A DNA stretch of 40,409 nt from Nitrospirae bacterium CG1_02_44_142 (GTDB taxonomy: Bacteria > Nitrospirota > Thermodesulfovibrionia > Thermodesulfovibrionales > UBA1546): positions 1 to 40,409 of the forward strand of contig MNVK01000096.1 of NCBI GenBank assembly GCA_001871685.1. The letters run 5' to 3'. Position 1 is the stretch's first letter, and every line of letters starts with the position of its first letter. Made by a program: the position numbers and the translations under genes. This document shows, piece after piece, positions 1 to 9,891 of the stretch. The notes beneath the pieces were generated by a model. That model made no database searches. It saw only the letters and a list, made by a program, of their open reading frames with translations, and had not been told where the DNA came from.

Positions 1-142
1 TAGATGGAACAGCATTTAAATCCTCTAATAAATTAAGAACCCATGTTACCTTTTGTGCAACTTTACAAGGCAAAGAATCAAGAAAATCCTGTATAGGACA
101 TTTACCATCCGCTGTCTTATAAAAGATAATGGTTCTATGCAC
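1..142 (-). CDS. RelE/HigB (Gp49-like) type II toxin, N-terminal part, truncated by the window edge
   Basis: Not in ORF track. The minus strand from GTG at 142 reads MHRTIIFYKTADGKCPIQDFLDSLPCKVAQKVTWVLNLLEDLNAVPS, matching the FY..G..P..FLDSL N-terminus of Gp49/HigB-like toxins. Confidence 0.7.
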   Translation of the reverse strand, partial: MHRTIIFYKTADGKCPIQDFLDSLPCKVAQKVTWVLNLLEDLNAVPS

Positions 143-147
143 AAATT

Positions 148-176
148 ATGTTAACATCCACGTTAACATGTGTCAA
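148..176 (-). promoter_or_regulatory. sigma70 promoter overlapped by two GTTAAC palindromes (probable TA operator)
   Basis: Minus strand TTGACA(171-176)-17 nt-TAACAT(148-153). ATGTTAACAT and CGTTAACATG palindromes overlap it, and the GTG start lies 5 nt past the -10. Confidence 0.6.
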
Positions 177-265
177 GAGGCTACGCCTTTTGATAAACTC
201 CAGAAAGTTACTCTCCCCGGCGAGTCATGGACTGAATTAGTAAGCGAGAACACGCAGGCAGATTT

Positions 266-655
266 TTACCATTTTTCAACTTTTAAGCCCGTAATTGCAT
301 CAAAATGGACGTCATCCGTTACCAGTGTAAGGGCATACTGTTGAGCGATAGCAGCAATCCAGATATCATTTTCAGGAATTGGCTGACCTTTTTCTTTCAG
401 TTGGTTTTTTATCTTTCCATAGCTCTTAGCGGTTTCTGTATTGCATGAAAGGATGGTATTGTTTAGTGCAAATTCATCTATGCGATCGGTGTTTTCATGG
501 ATTTTGACTGATTTGCAGGCGCCAAAATACAATTCTCCAAGGGCAATGCACGGAATAAATACTTCTACAGCATTGGCTATTCGGCTATGAATTCGAGGGT
601 CTTTAGCAAAGAGAGCAATTATTATATTTGTATCAAGCAGGTATTTACCATTCAC
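266..655 (-). CDS. vapC: VapC family PIN-domain toxin
   Basis: YLLDTNIIIA, ALGELYFGA, PIPENDIWIAAIA and LVTDDVHF PIN motifs; 129 aa. Confidence 0.92.
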   Translation of the reverse strand: MNGKYLLDTNIIIALFAKDPRIHSRIANAVEVFIPCIALGELYFGACKSVKIHENTDRIDEFALNNTILSCNTETAKSYGKIKNQLKEKGQPIPENDIWIAAIAQQYALTLVTDDVHFDAITGLKVEKW

Positions 656-866
656 CGAGATCTACCTTCTCACAGTTTTCCTCTATTGCTTTTGTCATCA
701 GATGTAAATCATCAGCAGGGATAATCCCTCCGAAGCGTAAAAGGCTTTTCCCTTCTACTCCCTTAGGAATCAAAGATTTTACAAAATCAAGCACACGCAG
801 TTGAAGGTTGAGAGGAAGCTTGTCAATTTGAGCGATAAAATTATCTTTTATAAATGTGGTTGTCAT
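645..866 (-). CDS. Antitoxin (DUF2281-like) paired with VapC
   Basis: 73 aa, IDKLP..Q..VLDFVKSL pattern, overlaps the vapC start. Confidence 0.75.
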   Translation of the reverse strand: MTTTFIKDNFIAQIDKLPLNLQLRVLDFVKSLIPKGVEGKSLLRFGGIIPADDLHLMTKAIEENCEKVDLGEW

Positions 867-991
867 AAGGACGCCTCCTTTTGTGCAATTTTAACATATT
901 TCAATATAGTAAATAAAATAAGAAAATACGATCGTTGTCCCTATCTTCGTATTGAAAGAGTTACCTAATTACTGAGCATTAACAGCTGTCC

Positions 992-1099
992 CTATTTATC
1001 TTCATTTTCTTCTTTTTTCGGTCTCCCTTTTGGCTTTATCACAGCCTCAACTTTATATTCTTTCTCCACTTCCTTTATAAAATCCTCACTTCTATACAT
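992..1099 (-). pseudogene. 35-aa fragment resembling the C-terminus of a Y1/REP-associated (IS200-like) transposase
   Basis: MYRSEDFIKEVEKEYKVEAVIKPKGRPKKEENEDK* with the stop embedded in AAATAGGGACAG. Family call is from recalled pattern only. Confidence 0.4.
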
Positions 1100-1115
1100 C
1101 ACCCTTATCTATGAT

Positions 1116-2123
<1,008 letters not shown>

Positions 2124-2480
2124 CTACTTAACCCTAACAGCTCTGTTCTCTGAATCCAGAATGACTATCCTGGGCTTGAACTTTCTTATGTCCTTGTCTT
2201 CAAAGTATCCGTAGCAGAATATGATAACCCTGTCGCCGACAGCGCCCTTTCTTGCCGTAGGCCCGTTCAGGCATATCATGCCTGAATTTTTTCTGCCGGG
2301 TATCACGTAAGTTTCAAACCTCTCGCCGTTATTCAGGTTGCTTATCATGACCTGCTCATAGGGAAGGATTCCGGCCTTCTTGAGTATAACCTCATCTATG
2401 GTGATGCTGCCCTCATACTCAAGATTCGCCTCTGTCACCTTTGCCAGGTGTATCTTTGACATAAGCATACACCTTAACAT
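2124..2480 (-). CDS. panD: Aspartate 1-decarboxylase
   Basis: SKIH, YEGSITID cleavage motif, NGERFETYVI. Confidence 0.95.
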   Translation of the reverse strand: MLRCMLMSKIHLAKVTEANLEYEGSITIDEVILKKAGILPYEQVMISNLNNGERFETYVIPGRKNSGMICLNGPTARKGAVGDRVIIFCYGYFEDKDIRKFKPRIVILDSENRAVRVK

Positions 2481-2490
2481 ATTGTCTCCT

Positions 2491-2769
2491 TCATTCTATT
2501 ATCCTCGGCACCCTGTAAAATTTATCCGTATGGTCAGGGGCATTCGCAAGGGCGTCTTCCTTTGATAGTGAATCCCTCTGAATATCCTCGCGCAGGACAT
2601 TGCTTAATGAGACTGCATGGGAGGTAGGTTCAACGTCTTTTGTGTCAAGTTCATTTAGTTTTTCCATATAACTCAGGATGCCTTGAAGCTGCGCTCTGAA
2701 AGCCTCTGCTTCCTTTTCGGAAACCGACAACCTTGCAAGTTTTGCGATATGTTCAACGGATATCTTCAT
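2491..2769 (-). CDS. gatC: Asp/Glu-tRNA amidotransferase subunit C
   Basis: VEHIAKLARL, VEPTSH, LRED, ANAP, VPRII. Confidence 0.95.
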   Translation of the reverse strand: MKISVEHIAKLARLSVSEKEAEAFRAQLQGILSYMEKLNELDTKDVEPTSHAVSLSNVLREDIQRDSLSKEDALANAPDHTDKFYRVPRIIE

Positions 2770-4871
2770 ATCTTCTCAAGATTTGCGCATCTGAGAGCGA
2801 GCCTCTTTACTCCCACATCCGGAAAATTTACCATCACTTTCTGTTCGTCTCCATCTCCATAACATTCCCTTATAACGCCTACTCCCCATTTGGGATGCTT
2901 TACCCTGCAGCCGATAATATAGAGCAGCGGCTTTTTAAATTGAACAGCTCTCTTCACAGAAACTGTGTTCGGCTGAGGACTTGCCGATTTCTCTATGCGC
3001 TGGCAGCACTGCTGAGGTATATCGGCAAGAAATCTTGACGGCTCCTGCTCTTGTACCTTTGTATTATATAACCTTCTCTTTTTCGTGCCGGTAAGCCATA
3101 ACACATTTTTTGCCCGCGTCATGCCCACATAGAATAACCTCCGCTCCTCTGATATCTCATCTTCATTCTGAAGCGCCTTAAAATACGGCATGAGCCCGTC
3201 TTCAAGCCCGGCAACAAAAACAACGGGAAATTCAAGGCCTTTTGTGCTGTGCAGTGTCATAAGCGATACGGAATTCTCTGCATTAATATCATCCATAGCG
3301 GTCAAGAGCGCCGCCCTGTCGCTGAAATCACCTATATCTTTTCCCTCTGCAGATGCAATAAGTTCATATATATTATGAGTTTTATCTTCCTCCACAGAAT
3401 CCATATATCCTGTTTTTTCAATTATCGCCTTCAGCATATCCGCGGCTGACCTGTATTCGTCAGAGGCGATGTGTTCTATGAGCTTGACAAAGCCGCCGAG
3501 TTTTCCCCTGACAGACAGAGCAACGCTGTTTGCCTTTAATATCGCCTTAATCGCAGCAAAGAGACTTAACGATTTATTCTTTGCTTCATGCTCTATTTTT
3601 GAGAGCGTTGCAGCGCCTATCCCTCTCACAGGACAGTTTATTATCCGTCTGAGGCTCACATTGTCATCATGATTTACGGCAAGGCGCATATATGCGATAA
3701 TATCTTTTATTTCCTTCCGATGATAGAAACTTATTCCGCCCATAACCCGATACGGAATCCTCTCGTCTCTCAGCGCATCCTCTATCGCCCTGGCCTGAAA
3801 ATTTACCCGGTAAAGCACAGCAAAATCCTTATAGCGGCATTCTCCCTTCAGATAAAGTTCCTTTATCATGGCTGCTATATGTTTCGCCTCGTCTTCCTCT
3901 GTATTGAACCAGCAGTAATAGACCTTCTCGCCGCAGCCCCTCTCTGTCCATAACTTCTTCGGCTTCCTGTCAGAGTTGCCGGCTATTACAGCGCCGGCAA
4001 CATCAAGTATGTTCTGTGTTGAGCGATAGTTCTGCTCAAGTTTTATGACCTTGGCCCGTGGAAAATCCTTTTCAAAGTTAAGAATATTCCTGACGTCGGC
4101 GCCCCTGAATTTGTATATGCTCTGGTCGTCGTCGCCGACAACACAGATATTATCCCTTGCGGCCAGTAATTTTAACAGACGGTACTGAGCATAGTTTGTA
4201 TCCTGAAATTCGTCAACCAGAACATAATTGAATATAGTCCTGTATTTTTCAAGCAGTAACGGGTTCTCCTCAAAAAGCTTAACCGCAAGCATTATGAGGT
4301 CGTCAAAGTCCAACGCATTGGACCTCTTTAATTCATCTTGATACCTCACATAGACCTTTGCAAGTTTTTCATCAAATCCAAAACCGTCTGTTTTTGAAAG
4401 AAACTTGCTCGGGGTTACAAGTGAAGACTTCAAGGAACTTATCCTGGAAGCAACCCCCTTATACATCGCCTCGTATATCCTGAACTCCTTCAGTATGTGC
4501 CTTATAAGATTACAATGGTCGTCAGTATCGTATATTAAAAAATTATTATTGTAGCCGAGCGCCTTTATCTCTTTCCTGAGTATCCTGTTGCACTGCGAAT
4601 GGAAGGTGCCTATCCATGAACCGTCCATATCCTTTCCAATGAGCAGGGCTATTCTGCGCTTCATCTCATCGGAGGCCTTGTTTGTAAAGGTGACAGCAAA
4701 GATTGAATGCGGAGAAACCTTGTTTGACTTTGCAAAATATGCAAACTTATGAGTAATAACCCTGGTCTTGCCGCTGCCTGCGCCTGCAAGCACAAGAAGC
4801 GGACTTCCTTCATGGAGCACCGCCTCTTTTTGCATGGGATTCAGGCCCTTCAATAAAAGCTCTCTTGACAT
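2766..4871 (-). CDS. pcrA: ATP-dependent DNA helicase PcrA/UvrD
   Basis: AGAGSGKT, DEFQDTN, VGDDDQSIY, LEQNYRST, KGLEF, EERRLFYVGMTRA and a C-terminal Tudor-like domain. Confidence 0.93.
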   Translation of the reverse strand: MSRELLLKGLNPMQKEAVLHEGSPLLVLAGAGSGKTRVITHKFAYFAKSNKVSPHSIFAVTFTNKASDEMKRRIALLIGKDMDGSWIGTFHSQCNRILRKEIKALGYNNNFLIYDTDDHCNLIRHILKEFRIYEAMYKGVASRISSLKSSLVTPSKFLSKTDGFGFDEKLAKVYVRYQDELKRSNALDFDDLIMLAVKLFEENPLLLEKYRTIFNYVLVDEFQDTNYAQYRLLKLLAARDNICVVGDDDQSIYKFRGADVRNILNFEKDFPRAKVIKLEQNYRSTQNILDVAGAVIAGNSDRKPKKLWTERGCGEKVYYCWFNTEEDEAKHIAAMIKELYLKGECRYKDFAVLYRVNFQARAIEDALRDERIPYRVMGGISFYHRKEIKDIIAYMRLAVNHDDNVSLRRIINCPVRGIGAATLSKIEHEAKNKSLSLFAAIKAILKANSVALSVRGKLGGFVKLIEHIASDEYRSAADMLKAIIEKTGYMDSVEEDKTHNIYELIASAEGKDIGDFSDRAALLTAMDDINAENSVSLMTLHSTKGLEFPVVFVAGLEDGLMPYFKALQNEDEISEERRLFYVGMTRAKNVLWLTGTKKRRLYNTKVQEQEPSRFLADIPQQCCQRIEKSASPQPNTVSVKRAVQFKKPLLYIIGCRVKHPKWGVGVIRECYGDGDEQKVMVNFPDVGVKRLALRCANLEKI

Positions 4872-4938
4872 TACAACTCCTTTTTTAAATTAACAAATAC
4901 ATTTTATGCGTGTCCATCTTGCATCACAAGAACGGCTC

Positions 4939-6765
4939 TCACTCTACGGTTACACTTTTAGCCAGATTCCTGGGCTGGTCAACATCGCATCCTCTCAGCA
5001 CTCCTATATGATACGCAAGAAGCTGCAGTGGTATTGCCATCAAAATTGCCGACAGAAAAGAATTAGTCTCAGGCACAAAGATGCAATAATCAGAACGGCT
5101 GCATACCTCTTTGTTGCCCTCGTCAGTTACTGCTATAATCCTGCCCCCCCTGCTTCTTACTTCTTCTATATTAGATAGAACCTTCGCATAAAGTCTACCC
5201 CTCGGCGCTAAAAATACAGACGGAAGAGCCTCGTCAACAAGCGCTATCGGGCCATGTTTCATCTCTCCGGCAGGATAACCCTCCGCATGAATGTAAGATA
5301 TTTCCTTGAGCTTAAGCGCGCCTTCAAGCGCAATAGGATAATTTATACCCCTCCCCATATACAGAAAATCATCAGCCTTAAACAATTCCCTTGCTATACG
5401 TTCAATTGCATTGTCTGCCGCAAGAACCTTCTCAACCAGCGTTGGCAGAAAAAGGAGAGCCCTGAGCAATTCCATAGCTGAATCGCCGCGGACAGTCCCC
5501 TTAAGCCTGCCGAGTCCTATTGCAAAGAGATAAAGCCCTACTATCTGGGTAGTGAAGGCCTTTGTTGATGCAACGCCTATCTCAGGGCCTGAATGCGTAT
5601 AGAACACGGCATCCGCCTCTCTTGATGCAGTGCTGCCCACAACATTGCATATGCTCAAGGTCTTTGCGCCGAGCCGCTTTGCCTCCCTCTGGGCAGCAAG
5701 CGTATCTGCCGTTTCCCCCGACTGCGTTATAGCTATCAGAAGGCTGTCCTGCCCCAGCACCGGGTTTCTGTATCTGAATTCTGATGCTATATCCACATCC
5801 ACCGGAACCCTTGCCAACTCTTCTATCATATATTTCCCGACCAGGGCGGCATGCCATGACGTGCCGCAGGCCACAATAAAAATTCTTTGCGCCTTTTTCA
5901 GGTCTTCCTCTTTTATGCCAAACTCATCCATATTCACTTGACCGCTTTCCGGATAAAACCTTCCCCTCAGAGTATCTGCTATTGCCCTGGGCTGTTCATA
6001 TATCTCTTTAAGCATAAAATGCTTGTAGCCGCCTTTTTCAGCCATGGCCGGGCTCCATGAAACTGACACAACTTCTTTCTGAACAGGCGCGCCGTCAAGG
6101 GTTGTCACAACCACGCCGTCGCCTGTCATAACAACCATCTCTCCATCATCAAGAAATATCACATCTCTTGAATAGCTGAGGAAGGCAGGCACATCAGACG
6201 CCAGGAAAAATTCTCCGCCGCCCAGGCCGACAACCAGAGGACTGTCTTTTTTCACGCCAACAATCTTGCCGCGTTCTTTTTCATTCATTACTGCAAGGGC
6301 GTATGCCCCCTTGACCTCCTTAAGCGCTTGTCTGACAGCATCTTCCAGAGGATAATCCGCGGCATATTTTTCTGTCAGATGGCATAGGACCTCTGTGTCG
6401 GTCTCTGATGTAAACTTATATCCCTCATCAATCAGTTTCTTTTTAAGCGGGAGATAATTTTCTATTATCCCGTTGTGCACAATTACTATCCCGTTTGACC
6501 TGTGAGGATGGGCATTTTCTTCTGACGGCCTTCCGTGAGTCGCCCATCTTGTGTGCCCTATGGCGGTAGAGCTGAAGGGTTTGTCAGAGTCTATAATCGC
6601 AGACAGGTTTTTAATCTTTCCTGTGCACTTCCTTATCTCTATGCCTTTTTCATTAAAAAATGCGATTCCCGCAGAATCATACCCCCTGTATTCAAGGCGC
6701 TTGAGCCCTTCAAGTATTATTGAAACCGCATTATTTTTGCCTGTATAACCTATTATTCCGCACAT
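4939..6765 (-). CDS. glmS: Glutamine--fructose-6-phosphate transaminase
   Basis: True start MCGIIGY (catalytic Cys) at 6765; GHTRWATHG; ends PRNLAKSVTVE. Confidence 0.97.
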   Translation of the reverse strand: MCGIIGYTGKNNAVSIILEGLKRLEYRGYDSAGIAFFNEKGIEIRKCTGKIKNLSAIIDSDKPFSSTAIGHTRWATHGRPSEENAHPHRSNGIVIVHNGIIENYLPLKKKLIDEGYKFTSETDTEVLCHLTEKYAADYPLEDAVRQALKEVKGAYALAVMNEKERGKIVGVKKDSPLVVGLGGGEFFLASDVPAFLSYSRDVIFLDDGEMVVMTGDGVVVTTLDGAPVQKEVVSVSWSPAMAEKGGYKHFMLKEIYEQPRAIADTLRGRFYPESGQVNMDEFGIKEEDLKKAQRIFIVACGTSWHAALVGKYMIEELARVPVDVDIASEFRYRNPVLGQDSLLIAITQSGETADTLAAQREAKRLGAKTLSICNVVGSTASREADAVFYTHSGPEIGVASTKAFTTQIVGLYLFAIGLGRLKGTVRGDSAMELLRALLFLPTLVEKVLAADNAIERIARELFKADDFLYMGRGINYPIALEGALKLKEISYIHAEGYPAGEMKHGPIALVDEALPSVFLAPRGRLYAKVLSNIEEVRSRGGRIIAVTDEGNKEVCSRSDYCIFVPETNSFLSAILMAIPLQLLAYHIGVLRGCDVDQPRNLAKSVTVE

Positions 6766-6791
6766 ATTAAAACAGTGAACAGTGAAGCGAA

Positions 6792-6838
6792 ACAACCCCT
6801 TTTATTCCCCCTTTGTTAAGGGGGATTGAGGGGGTTGT
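6792..6838. repeat. C/G-run palindromic element copy 1 (glmU-glmS spacer), flanked by (C/T)AGTGAA heptamers
   Basis: ACAACCCCTTTTATTCCCCCTTTGTTAAGGGGGATTGAGGGGGTTGT. Confidence 0.85.
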
Positions 6839-6876
6839 CCGGCAGTGAGTGAATAGTGAATAGTTTAAATAAAACA

Positions 6877-8352
6877 CTATTTGTTTCCTTTCTTTTTAAC
6901 TTTGAATTTTGAACTTTGAATTTTGAATTTTTTTCGTGCCCATCCCTCTATGTTCTTTTGCTCTACCCTGCTCACTGAAAGCGACATGGCAGGAACGCAC
7001 TTGGTAATGGTAGAGCCTGCGCCTATGTATGCGCCTCTGCCAACTCTTACAGGCGCAATTAGCTGAGTGTCGCTGCCTATAAAAGCGCCGTCTTCTATTG
7101 TTGTCCTGCTCTTCTTTTTGCCGTCATAATTGCATGTTATTGTGCCTGCCCCGATATTGACGCCCTTTCCTATAGAGGCGTTACCGAGGTAACTGAGATG
7201 AGACGCCTTGGTCCCGCCGCCGAGCACAGATTTTTTGACTTCAACAAAATTCCCTATCTTTGCCTCGGAGCCGATATCGCATCCGGGCCTGATATGGGCA
7301 AAAGGCCCAACCACTGCTTTAGCCCGAATAACAGAACCCTCTATCACAGTAGAGTCCTTCACTACAACCCCATCCTTGATAACGCTGTCAACAATGCGCA
7401 CATTCGGATATATAGTGCATCCTCTGCCTATTTCGGTCCTGCCTTCAAGACAGACGTCAGGATAAATAGTTGTATTATTTCCTATAACAACGCTGTCTGA
7501 GATAAAGACTGAATCGTGGTCAAAAAATATAACACCCTTTTTAATCCAGGCGTCAGCCAGTCTCTCCCTGAATATTTTCCGCGCCTTCATCAGTTCAGGT
7601 ATTGTATTAACTCCCATCATCTCATCCTCAGAACCTATGCAGTAGGCATTTATTTTATAGCCCTTGTTTCCGGCGATGCCGATAATATCTGTAAGGTAAT
7701 ACTCACCCTTTGCAGCATTCAGGGGAATTTCTTTAAGCAGCGCTAAGGCTCCGGATTTTATAGCATATACTCCGCTGTTAACCTCATTGATTTTTCTCTG
7801 AGCCTCTGTTGCATCCTTATCCTCTACAATTGAGTTAATACGGCTGTTTCTGTCCCTTAATATTCTTCCGTATGAAGCAGGATTTGCCGCAGCAAATGAG
7901 ATAAGAGAAATATCATTCTTCCCTCTGAGGTGCAAACTGAGAAATTTCTTCAATGTCTCTGATGTAATGAGCGGGACGTCTCCGTTTAATACGAGTATCG
8001 TGCCTATGAAATCTTTCAGTCCGCCTAAGGCGGATTTTGCCCTTACAAGCGCATCGCCTGTCCCATTGGGTTTTTTCTGTATAACAAACGAAAGGCTGCT
8101 CTGTTTCCCTTTAGTAATCCCCTCTCGCCCCCCTTTAATAAAGGGGGGATGGGGAGATTTATTAATAGCATCTTTTATTTCCCCGTAATTCTTTCCAACT
8201 ACAATTACGATTTTTGACGGCTTAAGCCCTGATGCGGAATCAATTACACACTGCAGCATAGGTTTATCAAAAATTCCATGCAGAACCTTCGGCAAGGGAG
8301 AATTCATCCTCTCGCCCCGTCCTGCCGCCAGGATAACCACTGCAAGTTTCAT
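6877..8352 (-). CDS. glmU: Bifunctional UDP-GlcNAc pyrophosphorylase/acetyltransferase
   Basis: ILAAGRGERMNS.LPKVLH, EYYLTD, hexapeptide repeats, GAGTITCNYDG. Contains an in-frame palindrome insert and a heptamer-derived tail. Confidence 0.96.
   Translation of the reverse strand: MKLAVVILAAGRGERMNSPLPKVLHGIFDKPMLQCVIDSASGLKPSKIVIVVGKNYGEIKDAINKSPHPPFIKGGREGITKGKQSSLSFVIQKKPNGTGDALVRAKSALGGLKDFIGTILVLNGDVPLITSETLKKFLSLHLRGKNDISLISFAAANPASYGRILRDRNSRINSIVEDKDATEAQRKINEVNSGVYAIKSGALALLKEIPLNAAKGEYYLTDIIGIAGNKGYKINAYCIGSEDEMMGVNTIPELMKARKIFRERLADAWIKKGVIFFDHDSVFISDSVVIGNNTTIYPDVCLEGRTEIGRGCTIYPNVRIVDSVIKDGVVVKDSTVIEGSVIRAKAVVGPFAHIRPGCDIGSEAKIGNFVEVKKSVLGGGTKASHLSYLGNASIGKGVNIGAGTITCNYDGKKKSRTTIEDGAFIGSDTQLIAPVRVGRGAYIGAGSTITKCVPAMSLSVSRVEQKNIEGWARKKFKIQSSKFKVKKKGNK
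8116..8159. repeat. C/G-run palindromic element copy 2, in frame inside glmU
   Basis: AATCCCCTCTCGCCCCCCTTTAATAAAGGGGGGATGGGGAGATT; encodes KSPHPPFIKGGREGI. Confidence 0.85.
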
Positions 8353-8966
8353 TCTTTTGACTCCGATATGCGTGACGGCGCTGCAATGCCGCCTGAAAGT
8401 ATTATCTTTATGCCCTCCTCTATCGGAATGTCCGTATAGAAGACGTCGCCTTCGCCCAGCAGGACTATCTCGCCGAGATACAGATTATTCGTAGGTACAT
8501 ATACCGCCCTGAGGTATGATTCTTGGCCGTTTTTAGACGCCTTTACCGTACACTCTTTGGTCAGGAAGCCGAATGCATAGACTCCCTGTCTGGGGTATTC
8601 AACTATCACAAATTTCTTGAATGAACTTTTGTTTTCAGGCGAGAATGCGTCAACAAGCTGCTTTATTGCCGCATAAATGCCCTTGAACACAGGTATTCTG
8701 ACAACAGCCTTTTCAAAAAACTCTATTAACTTTTTACCGAAGACATTCGTTGATATTATGCCTATAAGAAATATCAGAATTACCGCAGATATGAATCCGA
8801 GGCCGGGGACCTGGTAGCCCAGCATCTTGTTGTAAAGGGGACCCAGTATGCCGTCAATAAACTCAAAAAACCATACGATAACTAAAACAGTAATTACCGC
8901 AGGAATTGAGACAATCAGTCCAGCAAGAAATTTTCTTTTAAGGACAGCGCGCATAGAAGTTGACAT
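8349..8966 (-). CDS. DUF502 family membrane protein
   Basis: FLAGL..IP..IT, two TM segments, IPVFKGIY, VEYPR.G, YVPT; start likely at 8966. Confidence 0.85.
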   Translation of the reverse strand: MSTSMRAVLKRKFLAGLIVSIPAVITVLVIVWFFEFIDGILGPLYNKMLGYQVPGLGFISAVILIFLIGIISTNVFGKKLIEFFEKAVVRIPVFKGIYAAIKQLVDAFSPENKSSFKKFVIVEYPRQGVYAFGFLTKECTVKASKNGQESYLRAVYVPTNNLYLGEIVLLGEGDVFYTDIPIEEGIKIILSGGIAAPSRISESKE

Positions 8967-9036
8967 ATTGTTATTTATAATAACGCCGCAGGCATTGATA
9001 TTGCAAGAGCCTACATGGTGCATAACACAGGATTCA

Positions 9037-9081
9037 ACCCCCCTCTATCCCCCCTTAGTAAGGGGGGAATTAAAGGGGGGT
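9037..9081. repeat. C/G-run palindromic element copy 3, followed by ATCGTGC heptamers
   Basis: ACCCCCCTCTATCCCCCCTTAGTAAGGGGGGAATTAAAGGGGGGT. Confidence 0.9.
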
Positions 9082-9104
9082 ATCGTGCATCGTGCATCCT
9101 TTCA

Positions 9105-9860
9105 TTATTTTACTGCCTTCTCAGCCGCTTCGTCAGGAATATCAAAATTTGCATAAACATTCTGGACGTCGTCATGGTCTTCAAGCGCATCCATAAGCCT
9201 TATCATCTGCTCTGCCGCCTTTCCGTCCAAGACTACATAGTTTTTGGGGAGCATGGTTATCTCAGCGGACTCAACAGGAATATTTGCCTTCTCAAGCGCA
9301 GCTTTAACATTATTGAAATCTTCAGGAGCAGTTATTATCTCAAAGTTTTCTTCTTCAGGGTCATTTTTCATATCCTCAGCCCCTGCATCAAGGGCAGCAG
9401 ACATTACAGAGTCTTCAGATACCTTAGATTTATTAACCAGGATATATCCTTTTTTATCAAAGAGCCACGAAACACAGCCTGTTTCTCCGAGGCTCCCGCC
9501 GTGTTTTGCCATTGCATGTCTTATCTCCGGGACAGTCCTGTTCTTGTTGTCAGTCAGCGTCTCTATCATCATTGCAACACCTGAAGGGCCGTACCCTTCA
9601 TACATGATTTCCTCATATGTAACTCCGGGAAGTTCGCCTGTGCCCTTCATAATCGCCCTTTTAATATTGTCGTGGGGCATATTGACCTCTTTTGCCTTTT
9701 CCATTGCAGTGCGCAATCTCGGATTGCCGTCAGGGTCGCCGCCTCCGAACCTGGCCGCAACCGCTATCTCCTTGACGAGTTTAGTAAATGCCCTGCCCCT
9801 TTTTGCGTCCGTGTTAGCCTTTTTATATTTTATCTGAGACCATTTTGAATGTCCTGACAT
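9105..9860 (-). CDS. yebC: YebC/PmpR family protein
   Basis: [43 protein letters not shown]. Confidence 0.95.
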   Translation of the reverse strand: MSGHSKWSQIKYKKANTDAKRGRAFTKLVKEIAVAARFGGGDPDGNPRLRTAMEKAKEVNMPHDNIKRAIMKGTGELPGVTYEEIMYEGYGPSGVAMMIETLTDNKNRTVPEIRHAMAKHGGSLGETGCVSWLFDKKGYILVNKSKVSEDSVMSAALDAGAEDMKNDPEEENFEIITAPEDFNNVKAALEKANIPVESAEITMLPKNYVVLDGKAAEQMIRLMDALEDHDDVQNVYANFDIPDEAAEKAVK

Positions 9861-9891
9861 TGCAACCCTCCGATTTATTTTTTAAAAGATT

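Noticed and set aside
4872..4938. Tn7 insertion at the glmS 3' end
   Set aside because: glmS is followed directly by pcrA, with no Tn7 ends or tns genes.
6766..6876. glmS ribozyme or riboswitch upstream of glmS
   Set aside because: The structure is explained by the dispersed palindrome and heptamers; I recognised no ribozyme core.
9037..9081. G-quadruplex role for the C/G element
   Set aside because: Only two G runs per strand, each with a complementary C run, so a hairpin or cruciform is the simpler fold.
9015..9584. ORFs containing PPLSKGG/PPLVRGE peptides (9015-9584, 8848-9156, 25385-25648)
   Set aside because: They merely read through intergenic palindrome copies and overlap real genes antisense; not counted as coding insertions.
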